Source: Podarcis vaucheri (lineage: Eukaryota). From it: DNA of 64,000 bases. Of this stretch, positions 1-11,763 are shown in pieces. Position 1 is the first letter of the stretch, and each line of letters starts with the position of its first letter. The stretch lies in the NCBI GenBank assembly GCA_965113315.1, contig OZ220363.1; one strand, 5' to 3'. Below the pieces are notes generated by a model that made no database searches, was not told where the DNA came from, and saw nothing but the letters and a program-made list of their open reading frames with translations. Made by a program: the position numbers and the translations under genes.

Positions 1-226
1 GTTCCGATTTTTTTCTGCCCCCCCCTTTTCTAAGCCGCTAAGCCGCTAATAGCCTTTTAGCCGCTAAGCCGCTAAGCCTTTAATAGCCGTTAAGCCTTTA
101 ATAGCCGCTAAACCGCTAATAGTGCTAAGCCGCTAAGGCGCTAATAGGGTTGCTTCGCAAGACGAAAAAACCGCTAGACAAAGAGACTCGTGGAACGGAT
201 TATTTTCGTCTTGCGAGGCACCACTG
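1..226. mobile_element. Tc1/mariner (Tigger/pogo-like) non-autonomous MITE, family 1; left end cut by the window
   Basis: Ends in TIR ...CGTCTTGCGAGGCACCACTG followed by TA. Internal (TAAGCCGC)-like tandem repeats. Same family as 15581-15859 and 56964-57194. Confidence 0.8.
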
Positions 227-292
227 TATTCCATTACTCTTTCCCGCCTGCCTCCCAGCCTTTTCATTCCCCGCTTTCCTACGACATCAATA

Positions 293-524
293 CAGTGGTA
301 CCTCTGGTTACGAACTTAATTCATTCTGGAGGTCCATTCTTAAGCTGACACCGCTCTTATCCTGAGACACGCTTTTGCCAATGGGGCCTCCCTCTGGTGC
401 ACAATTTCCATTCACATCTTTCCATTCGCATTCTGGGGCAAAGTTTGCAACTACTTCCGGGTTAGCAGAGCTCGTAACCTGAAGTGTTTGTAACCAGAAG
501 CGTTCGTAACCAGAGGAACCACTG
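293..524. mobile_element. Tc1/mariner-type MITE, family 2
   Basis: TA-CAGTGGTACCTC...GGAACCACTG-TA terminal inverted repeats with TA target duplication. Internal sequence is shared with five other copies in the window. Confidence 0.85.
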
Positions 525-711
525 TACTCCCTTTTCTTTTTTCACGAGATCAGCCAAACTCACAGCTCATGCATGCCTATGCCAGGCCCTGCTACCTACT
601 TAGTAGTCACATGTATGTACATTGCTGAAGCAGTCACCCAGGCTCTCAACTAATAGTTCTTTGACCCTCTAGCAAGGGCAATGTGCCCCACTTCCCCATG
701 CAGTGGAACAA

Positions 712-830
712 GAACATAAGACAACCCTGCTAGGACAGGCCAATGACCCTTCTAGTTCAGCACCCTGTTTTCACTACAGCTGACCAAATGCCTGTAGGAT
801 GCCTGAAAGCAGGACATGCATGCAATAGCA
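712..830 (-). mobile_element. Degenerate CR1-like 3' end or CR1-tailed SINE fragment
   Basis: GAACATAAG...CTGCTAGGACAGGCCAATGACCCTTCTAGTTCAGCACCCTG. Related copies lie in opposite orientation near 2090-2175 and 40560-40640. Confidence 0.5.
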
Positions 831-938
831 CTCTGCTCACTGCAATTTCCAACCACTGCTATTCCAGTCTGGTGGCATGGGCTGGAGATGCTGACAACCA
901 ACCAGCAAACCCTGTGTGTATGGCTGTTTATTGGTGTA

Positions 939-1169
939 CGGTGGTACCTCGGGTTAAGAACTTAATTCATTCTGGAGGACTGTTCTTAACCTGAAATTGT
1001 TCTTAACCTGAGGTACCACTTTAGGTAATGGGGCCTCCCGCTGCTGCCATGCAATTTCTGTTCTCATCCTGAAGCAAAGTTCTTAACCCAAGGTACTATT
1101 TCTGGGTTAGCGGAGTCTGTAAACTGAAGCGTCTGTAATCTGAAGCATCTGTAACCTGAGGTACCATTG
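939..1169. mobile_element. Tc1/mariner-type MITE, family 2
   Basis: TA-CGGTGGTACCTCGGGTT...GAGGTACCATTG-TA; homologous to 2412-2637 and 11448-11689. Confidence 0.85.
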
Positions 1170-2411
1170 TATATTTTCAGTAAGCATATTTAGTAATATT
1201 TGCAGAAGTCTGAGTTGCTTCTAGGTGTCTTATTATTATTAATAATAATATTTGCTTCTAGGATGTTTATACCATCATTATTGTAACGATCACATTATTT
1301 TGAAGCTTATAAGAGAATAGAAAGCCTTTCCTGAGAGTTTGTGAAAGGGGAGCATGTTCAGAAAGAAAGGGGGGAGCACTTAAAATTCGCAAAATACAGT
1401 TTTTCATCCTAACACGTGATGCCTATCAAAAATCCAAGCACTAAGCAAAGTTTATCCCTGGCCTTCATAAATCAAAGTCATAATCTAATAAACAAACAAC
1501 ATATTGCTGCATGTGAATTGTGTAGCCATACTGCTTCAAAATGAACCATTTTTAATATCTAACGTCTTCCCATATATAGAATAAGTCAGTAACTTTTGTT
1601 TTTCCCTTAATAGGTTTCTCTGTACTGTAACTCAAATATAAATTACTATATTATACCACATTTATTATTTTGTTCTCTGACTGTTGGGGCCAGACTACTG
1701 TGTGGATTGCCTTGCTTCTTTTTTATCTGAGAAACTCCAACAATTTTAAACAGTGATGTTGCTCTGCTGGAAACTATTTTCAGCAACTTTTGCTTTGCCC
1801 TGCACCCCCTGACCCCCTAATCTGAGCCCCAAATCTGGAGGATTCTCAGGAAGAGGCAACTTACCTAGGAGGGCAGACAACTCTTTCCAGCCTGCCATTG
1901 CAAGACTCCATATTCCAGATCACCCCCAAGTGGCTTGCCCCACTGAAAATATGGGGGCTGGGGTTAAGTACACCCTGCCCCTTTCGCACTGCAAACGACT
2001 CATAGTTATTCCAAAAACTTTTAGTTGCTAGGGGTCAGGAGTCAAGGCATGAATGCTATTGCACCCATATCCTGCTGTTTATTCCCATTCACGTGTGGTC
2101 AATCCTTGTGAGAAACAGGGTGCTGGAGCAGATGGGTCTTTAGTCTGATCCAGCAGGGTTCCTAACTAGCGTTCTACCTACAATTCTACTTTTTGGCTAG
2201 ACAAGCCAAAGACGCAGACACAAAAGCCACTTAGACATCTAAATAGGTAAAACAAACATTCCCCCCTCCCCAATCCAAAGGTTATTTCCAAGGTTATCAA
2301 ACAGCATTTTAGATGGGGTTGATCACACTGTTGGCTCCAGGGAAGCATCATGTTGCTTTGCCCTTTTTATTATTTATTTTCAGATTTGAAAGTGAGCCAT
2401 GATGTGAATTA

Positions 2412-2637
2412 CAGTGGTACCTTGGGTTAAGAACTTAATTCGTTCTGGAGGTCCGTTCTAAACCTGAAACTGTTCTTAACCTGAAGCACCACTTTAGCTA
2501 ATGGGGCCTCCTGCTGCCGCCGCACCGCCAGAGCATGATTTCTGTTCTCATCCTGAAGCAAAGTTCTTAACCTGAAGCACTATTTCTGGGCTAGCAGAGT
2601 CTGTAACCTGAAGTGTATGTAACCCGAGGTACCACTG
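2412..2637. mobile_element. Tc1/mariner-type MITE, family 2, followed by a captured segment and an extra TIR end (see findings)
   Basis: TA-CAGTGGTACC...GGTACCACTG-TA; a second GGTACCACTG-TA occurs at 2765-2776. Confidence 0.9.
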
Positions 2638-2763
2638 TACTCGGTGTAATCTAATTGCTGTTATGTGATCAACTTGTAATGATTTTTTTACTTGATCCTA
2701 TTAGTCCATACCCACTGTGCTTTATATGTCACTGAGAATTTCAGTTCAGCTGGAACTCTGCAC
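2637..2763 (-). repeat. 127-bp inverted duplicate of 7971-8097
   Basis: Reverse complement aligns without gaps to 7971-8097 with about 6 mismatches counted by eye. Confidence 0.92.
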
Positions 2764-5700
2764 TGGTACCACTGTATTCAGGAGGTAAGCATTTCTGAAC
2801 AGGTATAATGTACAACAAGCCTAAATATGATACTGTCCCTTCCCCCCTCCAACTTATACAAGTGCTGACCAATATTGTCTATTACCCACTTCTTCATTAC
2901 TGGAGTAAAGATGGCAACAACTACAACTACAGAGAATACTGGCAATTTCCTATGAGACACACTTTCAAAGTCTGAATTTTAAGCAAAAGAAATGGCATTC
3001 AGAATTTGTGTGCGGTTTGCACACACGTTGACCCCTTCATATGGAAGGATATTTGCCAAGTATCGAGATGATAGCTGCAGCAGTTCCCCCACAAGGGAGA
3101 CTTCACCACTTGGGGGCAGATACAATGTGGGGTGTGTGAGAACAGCATGGATCCCCAGGAAAGACTGAGGTAGCAAAAATGTCATTCCCCTCCCAAACAA
3201 CTCTATTTTCCCAAGGGCCACTAGTTGGAGATACGCATATGCCCCACCACAATAGGTTTTTGGGGTTAATACCTCTTCTTTATGGGAGAGATATTTCTTT
3301 CTGTTGCCCTGAGCAGGAGAAAGGTATGCATGTTTGTGTGTGAAATTGACATAAATCCCCATTAAATAATGTGGTTGGGGAAAATGCAAGCAAAAGCCCT
3401 GTTATCGCAACGGTTGTTGCAGAATGGGTTTCTGTCCCCCACAGATATTTATGAGGATACAATGAAGATCTCTTCCACTGCTTACGCAGGAAGGCAGAGA
3501 GCCATAAAAAAAGCAAACAAGTTTTTAATACTTCTCCCAAATCCTGTGATTGGAATGCCTTGAGAAAATAATTCACAGTGATTAAAAGCTAGACTTGTGC
3601 ATCAAAACATCTGTCCACCTGGAAGGCAGGGGGAAAAAGTAGAATATACACCACTATCTTGCATGAGCCTACAAGAGCTTTGAGTTTGTTGGTTCATCCA
3701 CCTTTGATTTGCCCTCTCCTGACCCATTCCTTTCTTTCTTGACTGATGGGAAATGCGAATTGGGAATATGCTTCTGTAAATCCTGAACCATGATGTCTGC
3801 AAAAATGTAGCTGAAAGCTAAGTTGAGGAATATCAGAAATGTTTAAAGAAATCAGGGCTTGAGGATGGGGTGCAGGGAGGGAGTATTTTGACAGCAGTGT
3901 CCTTTTCTCCTTGATAAAATCACTTCAGCAGCATGGTGATGAAAGGAAAATATCAATTAAAGCAGCTAAATTGGGCAGGCTGTAATTATTAACATGATTT
4001 GGATTAGACAAGGGGATATTTTGAAGTGGTGAAGTTGCTTTTATTCAAAACTCAGACATGGAAGTATATCACTCTGGGTTTGTGCTTAAATGGAAAACAA
4101 AGACATTGTTCTGATCCATTGATGCAATCTTGTAATTTGTATGATGTGCTGCTATATCTTTTTTAGCTTATTTTTTCATAGATGTTCATTTCAGCCTCTC
4201 AGTTTACTACTAAATATATTTTCATATATACGGAGGATATCAGAATGGAGATTGGTTGTAATGATGACTAAAAGGACAGAGAGTTGGTATACAAAGATCA
4301 ACAATATCCTCACCGGATCCCAGCCAGAACGTTTAACGTTTGCTACAGGGTAACTCACAAGTGATAACTTCCCCCTTCAGCCATTTCTTAAATATCACCC
4401 CCACCACCACCACATCCTGGTGCAGTGTGAGTTTTGCTACTTACAAGGCTGCATGGCTGACCAATATCTGCTATCCCACCCAACTATTCCACACTGAACA
4501 AGGGTGAATAACTAAGTGTAGGGCTTGTGGCTTGAAATGACCAAGCCTGGAGCTATGAAACTACAGTTACTTTTTGAAGAGACTTTTTTGGTTAGCAGAG
4601 CAAAGCATTGTTAAAATGAAGAGAAAGGCTTCTTCAAACCTCACTCTCAAAGCTGTGCAGCTCTAGGGCAGCGGTGGAAAACATCTGGCCCACAGGGCAA
4701 TCGTGGCTCTTGAAAATATTTCCCTTGAAGCACACCAACCCACCCATCAGCTGATGTCACTAATGGCATAATATGATGGGCAGGAGTGTGGGGTCAAATA
4801 CTGTTTTGGCTCTGTAGGCACATTTTAGCCAGGGATTCAGGGTTTGTATCGGAATCCCCTGCTGTTTTCAAGATGCTATGAAGTCCTGACTTTAGGAGTT
4901 TAAAGAACCTTGCACCTGATGTCATTGCTATGTCAGGGGATTGACAGGTAGTCAGCCCCACCCACCTGTCAAATTTGGCCTGTGAGGCGAATCCTTATAA
5001 AGATCTGGCCCAAGAAACCCAAGAGGTTCACAACCACCACCACTCTAGAGATTAGGCACAAGAGCTCCTTTTGAGGAAATGCTGCCCGATCCTTCTACAC
5101 AAAGCCACAAGGCTGTGAGGGAAGTGTCAAAAGAAACATGAGGAGCCATGTGAAGTTAGTGAACTACCTATGTGACCCATTCCAAGGGCTTCCCTCCAGA
5201 AGGCTGGATACAAATGTAAAAGTAAATGAATAAACTATGCCTTTTGGGGTCAGGAACCAATGTCTGAAAGGATGTGGCTGGCTTCGGGGGATACTGGAAA
5301 CCATCCAGGCCTACCTACAGTTCACCTGTACTCTGTATAATAACTTTATTCACCCTGACTTCCACATGTGGAGGGTAACTATGGATATTATGGTGTGAAT
5401 GTGCATAAGTTCTTACCAATCCCATTGGAAAAGGCAGAAAGGATGATATTGAGAGATCATTCTCTTGACCCCCAAATTTATGCATGCAGTGTATGCGAAA
5501 TGAGGCTGATTTTCATGAACCATTCCCACAGGCTTTCATAACACTCTGCCATCGATTTTAAAGTTATATATGATCAGTAAGCATTTTGCTTCTCTCCCAT
5601 GGCTTGCTGCCAAGTGATCAATAATGTTTTAATTTAGACTTCAAGCTGAAGCAAATCAAGACCATGGAAGCATCATACAAATCAAGTTGAAAATTCAGTT

Positions 5701-8700
5701 CCTAAGAATTTGTGGGTCTCCTGGTTTTGCTGTTTGTTTCACCAGAAAGGCCACATTTCTAAGCAGCATTTTGAGGGGAACAATTTCTAGTCTTTAGTAG
5801 ATTTTTTCCCATGTGACCAGCATCTATAGGTAAATGCCCATACTTGGTTGCAATAGTTGTTCTTACTGTCATGTTGGGAGCTGTCCTCTATGTAGAATGC
5901 TTTTTTTGAATTATCCAGTAATGTTCACTTTGTGTGATGAAAACCATGAACATAATATCCTTTTATCCCAAATAAATCTTATAAAAGGATAGAATTGCTC
6001 TCTACATGCACAATTTCTTTAAATCCAGATTACAGATCTTTGAATTAAGGCTGGACAAAGCAGCATTTGGAGAAAATTTCTTCACTGACATTTGTTTTAA
6101 CAGTAATTACTGCTTTGCACAGAAAAACGAGCAACCTTTCCATCAGTTACCTCAGCTGAAGCCTACATTTTGCAGCATTAGTCTGAATTTGATACGTGCA
6201 TCAATGTACTCTGTCAAGTAATATGGCTCTGATTACAAGCTGGGGTAATATAGCCTTGGGGAAGAATATTGAAATCTGGAGTATTTCTTCACATGGCTTT
6301 TCACTATATTATTCCATTTTACAGTGACCAAATATCAGGGCAAGACAATGAAAACCATCTTGTTAGAGAGTGAAAATAGGCTAGTGAATGCCATACATGA
6401 AAAGTTTTTGAATGTATGTGTGCACATTTTTTGTGCAAATCCTGAACCAGATTCTTGCACCCGCCACTTAAAAAGTCTGCAGCCTACAGAACTTTCAAAT
6501 AACTTTAAGGCTGTGTGCTTAATTGGAAGCAAGCCTTAATGAAATCCATGGAATAAACATGCATAGGATTTAACAGCACACTACTGCCCTAAACCAATTA
6601 GTCAAAGGATGTAATGGAATGATTGAAAAGAAGAACAGCAATTATACTCTGCAGGATTTCAACAAACTTCCCATACATTGATGAGGTTCTGAATATTCTG
6701 CCGACAAGTGAGGTTGTGCTAAACTGCTAGTAGTACTCTTCTTTCATTTAAAATCCGTTTTGGTTCATCTTTCCAGTTTTTCATTCCATGTCTGATAAGT
6801 AAATCTCATACAAAATAATAGAGTAAAATCAAAATTGTATTTTCTGTTATACCTAATGCAGTGCTTAAGCAAACCAAACACAAATTCTCAAGAATAATGA
6901 AATATCACAATAAAATATTAGATCTCCACCTACAGTTTATCCAGCGAAGTATATTATTTTGAATTCAGTGAACACCAACATGTTTTGATTCTTTTTTTTT
7001 GGGGGGGGAGGGGTATTTTCTCAGAAAATAGATTATAGAGATGCAAAGCTCTGAAGAATTACATCTTGTATCTTTCTTCCAAATCTTTACCAAGATTAAT
7101 CCACCAGGCAACTCTATTTGCTGGCACTGGTGTTAGGAGTCGATCTGAAGGAACCCCCTCAGAAAATATAGGAACCCATATTTTCATGAGAATGAGCATA
7201 GTGGTTCAGGTACAAGACTAGACTCGGTGAGTGCTATACTTAAAGCACTAAACTGGAGAGAATGGAGAAAGATAAAAACTGATCAAGATAGGGACTGATG
7301 GACTGAGAAATATCCAGGTACACAAAATATACTTCCTGGAGGGTATAAGCACTCACACAAATGGTGATTCACCACAAAAAGGCTGGATGAAAGAAATTAA
7401 ATGTTAACTAAGTGAATTATTAAAACATATTGATGGAGTTTCTCACTGCCAAGCGGCAAAATGCTTATCTCTGACCAATCTGACCTCTCAGCCAATTTTG
7501 GTTTTTTTACAGCTCTATTTTGGAAAATGATGTTTGTTTTTCTTAGTGTTAAAATTTAATACAATTATTAATTAGAATAAGAAGAACTGTCAGCTAGATG
7601 ACTATGGTGTTCATTGTGGGGGAAAGTAGAAAGATCTCCCAGGAAATGTAAATTTAGACTTAATTATGAGTAGGAAATGCTTGCTGAAGAATACCTTATT
7701 GTTAGTGTATTAGGATCAATATCTGAATAAGGACATTTACTTACCTTAAATAAGGTAGAGGTTCTGGGGACTAATAAGGCTTGTTCATGTTGTCACTATG
7801 CACACCATACAGGAGCAACTATAGAAAGGATATCAGAAGGGGGCCATTCGAGCTTTCTCTGACAGGAATATGCTTACCTTGAAATATCATTATTTTCTCT
7901 TATTTCTTTACAGTGGCATAATGCTCACTGCTCAGGACAAAGCCAAATGAAATGCATAATTCCAGGGCATGTGCAGAGTTCCAGCTGAACTGAACTTCTC
8001 AGTGACACACGAAGCACAGTGGATATGGACTAATAGGATCAAGTAAAAAAATCATTACAAGTTGATCACAGAACAGCAATTAGATTACACCGAGTACCTA
8101 CCTCATGCAATTATATATTACCTAACAGTATCAGAAAAACTCCAGCAATATCAGCACTCCCCCCCCCCCATGGCTGTGGATTGTGATCAATGGAAATCTC
8201 CCCTAAAAGAGGACACTGAAGCAGGACAGAAGGTTTGTTTAATCCCTTTAAAGTATTCCTGGCTTGTTTCCCCTATGTTAGAAGATGCCAAATGCATAAC
8301 AAAGGCTGAGAGGGAAGCTTCTCCTATATGAAAATATTATAAAGGGCTAAGAGTTTCTCTCTGCATGTGCAATTCCTTTAAATCCAAAGAACAAATCAGA
8401 TTAATGATGTTATAGTTCTTTCTTGAGGAAGCAGCAGTTTGGACATAAAATTCTGGGTGATGGATTTTGATCACTAAATATTGCTGTAAAAATGCATTCA
8501 GCCAAGTTACCATTTAGAAGCTCTTCACTTCAATAAAAGCTTTAGAATATGCCGCATAGAAATGCTTTGAGATTTACCACCACATGTTTGCTTTGTTTTC
8601 AGCTGTTGTGAGAGGGAAAAAATAGTGATGTGAGGCTACGTGAAACAGAACTTAATTCAATACATATAAAGATCAAAGCCTCGAGCACCAGGGTTGGCCC

Positions 8701-8970
8701 AACATATCTTGCTGACATCCACTGCGAGACACCAAAACTTCATCCGCACCAAAGATTCAAAATATGATATTGCTTTAACTGTCATGACGTCCCTTAAAAT
8801 ATCCTGGGAACTTGCTTGTTTTGAGTGCTGAGAGCTGTTAGGGGACATCTTTTCCCCTCACAGAGTTACAGTTCTCCTAGTGATATAGCAATCAGTTCCC
8901 TTTCTGAGGAAACTCTGGGAACTGTGGCCCTGTGAGGGTAATTGGGGCCTCCTACAACTCAGTGGGAGCT

Positions 8971-9340
8971 GGGACGCGGGTGGCGCTGTGGGTAAAACCT
9001 CAGCGCCTAGGACTTGCCGATCGTATGGTCGGCGTTTCAAATCCCCGCGGCGGGGTGAGCTCCCGTCGTTCGGTCCCAGCTCCTGCCCACCTAGCAGTTC
9101 GAAAGCACGTCAAAGTGCAAGTAAATAAATAGGGACCGCTTTATAGCGGGAAGGTAAACGGTGTTTCCGTGTGCTGCACTGCTGCTGGCTCGCCAGCTGC
9201 AGCTTCGTCACGCTGGCCACGTGACCCGGAAGTGTCTTCGGACGGCGCCGGCTCACGGCCTCTAGAGCGAGATGAGCACGCAACCCTAGAGTCGGACATG
9301 ACTGGCCCGTACGGGCAGGGATACTTTTACCTTTTTACCT
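8971..9340 (+). mobile_element. Sauria SINE (full length)
   Basis: tRNA-derived head GGGACGCGGGTGGCGCTGTGG with a degenerate B-box (GTTTCAAATCC), TTTACC-type tail, and flanking direct repeat TACAACTCAGTG. Confidence 0.9.
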
Positions 9341-11447
9341 TACAACTCAGTGAGATAAATATCTTGAATTCAAGGGCAAACTGTGCTTAACGCTAACATG
9401 CAGTTTGATCCACTTTGACCCAAGTGGTCTGATCCATTGCCACTTGGGGAAGACAAAGATATGTAACATAGAACATACTTTACCTGAGTGAGAGTTATAT
9501 TCAATTGAGGCCTACTCAAAGTAGACCCACTGAAATTAATTAACCTACGGTAAATTAGTCATGCCCATTAGGTTTTCTCTGACTAGGATTAACACTGAAT
9601 ACTACCCATTCCGTCTCACATGCCTTACTCATAGCTGCCAACATTTTCCCTTTTTTAAGGGATATTCCCTTATTACGAATAGGATTCCTCGCAAGAAAAG
9701 GGAAAAGTTGACAGCTATGGATAGGGAACATCCAGGAGCTTGTCATCAAAATTGACCTCAAGATAAACTCTAAATGAATCCAAGTGATGATCAATAGAAT
9801 TAGTACCCATGTAGCAGAAACTGTTTCCAACAAGCAATTTTCTACGGAGGATTGTGCAATTGGGGTCTGACAGTTAAGATTTAAATGACTTTCTTTCAGG
9901 GGAAGTGACACTATATACTATCCTACATTCAGCAAGATCCCAATTCCCATGGTACCTATATTTCATTCAGCAGCTCCTGCAGGTATATAGCTTTGCATTT
10001 ATTCTCTTTTTACCTCTTTTTTTTTCTTTTTGCTCCCCTTACTGCAGTTAACATCAACAAGGTAAATGATCTTTCAGATTTATTAAGACATAAACTCCTC
10101 AGGTGACATTTATACCATAGGCATTTAGATGACTGATAGCATATTTTATTATGACATGCATGGACATTAAATGGGAAAGAAAAAGACATGTCTTGGCTGA
10201 ACTGTCCTAGAACAGTCATGGCTTCTGTGCTTGTTGGGCAGTGAATGACATTCATTTGGGAAGATGGTGGGCTGGGTCCTCTTAAAAGGAAAAAGCTCAT
10301 AAAATGGCCAGGGGAAAACCAAGTGCTCCCCATGCTGCACAGCTCCACCACCAACTACCAGCCAGCCTGTTTCCTCCTTTGCAAATCACATTTTCATAAC
10401 ACTAGAAAGATGCATGATGGCTACTACTTTTGGTTCAGGGGTATGCAAAACAACTGTGCTGCTAAAAGCGTCATGGGTGCATGGATATGGAAGCGTCCAT
10501 CGACCTCATTGAACCTGACCTAAAGGACCTTTCTTTACTGTCAAGCATTTTGTCTGCAGCTTCTTTTCTCCTTCAGAACCACCCAGTGTAAAATCTGTAC
10601 CTTGGAAGATGATGGATAGGAAAGTGCCAATCTGTGCCATTTTCTGTTCTGGGCTCCTTTAGAGGACCAGTTTCACACAGTGTGGATGATTTGTTGGTTT
10701 CAACTTTCCTTAACTTATTCAATATCTCTGCCTCACTAGCCCGGAAGTCATCCGTGAGAGTGGATACAACAGGCAGCTTCAGATGGCACATTTTTAGTGT
10801 TCTTTTGCTGTAAAGCATTCATTTAATGCTTCAGCTCATTTTGCCATCCTCTGTGACTTCATTTCCCATTCATTCCTGTAATGTTTCCACTTCCTCTCTC
10901 GCTGATTCCACAAGGAGCTAGTCAATCTTTAAAACATTTCTATCCATCATTTCTTCCCATCTCAACACCCACAGTTCCTTTGCATTGTTCTGGTATAACC
11001 CTTATCAAATACTTTCTTCATTATTAGGAATGTTCTTGGCATGGGACATGGACATGCGTGGGAGAAATATCCGCAGCTTATAGGAAACAGTTCTTCAATT
11101 AAAAAGTTTAACCATCTTATTTTCTAAGAAGCTAGTGATAACAGACTCCATTGATGCAGAGAGTTAAGCTAAAAACACCTATCAAACTTAGGTTGTGTAC
11201 ACACAAGACATTTAAAACATGTTGCTTCTCTCAAAAAAATCCCAGCAACTGTGATTTACCCCTCACAAACCTACAGTTACCAGCACCTTAACAAACTATA
11301 GTTCCTATGATTTTTTTTAAAAAAACAATCCTGGAAACTGTATTTTGCTGAGGGTATAGCTATGTGAGAGCAGGGGGGGGACTGCAGTTCTCAGGAATCC
11401 TTGAAGGAAGTAATGTGCTTTAACTTTATGGTGTGGATTTGCCTATA

Positions 11448-11689
11448 CAGTGGTACCTCGGGTTAAGTACTTAATTCGTTCTGGAGGTCCATACTTAACC
11501 TGAAACTGTTCTTAACCTGAAGCACCACTTTAGCTAATGGGGCCTCTTGCTGCCGCCGTGCCGCCGGAACCCAATTTCTGTTCTTATCCTGAAGCAAAGT
11601 TCTTAACCTGAAGCACTATTTGTAGGTTAGCGGAGTGTGTAACCTGAAGCGTATGTAACCTGAAGCGTATGTAACCCGTGGTACCACTA
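11448..11689. mobile_element. Tc1/mariner-type MITE, family 2
   Basis: TA-CAGTGGTACCTCGGGTT...GGTACCACTA-TA. Confidence 0.88.
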
Positions 11690-11707
11690 TACTGTTCTAT
11701 TCTTTGC

Positions 11708-11715
11708 TCTCTCTG

Positions 11716-11762
<47 letters not shown>

Positions 11763-11763
11763 T
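11708..11763. repeat. Compound (CT)n(GT)n microsatellite
   Basis: Directly visible. Confidence 0.95.

Noticed and set aside
2979-3389. 136-aa minus-strand ORF and neighbouring ORFs
   Set aside because: No recognisable homology or convincing exon boundaries.
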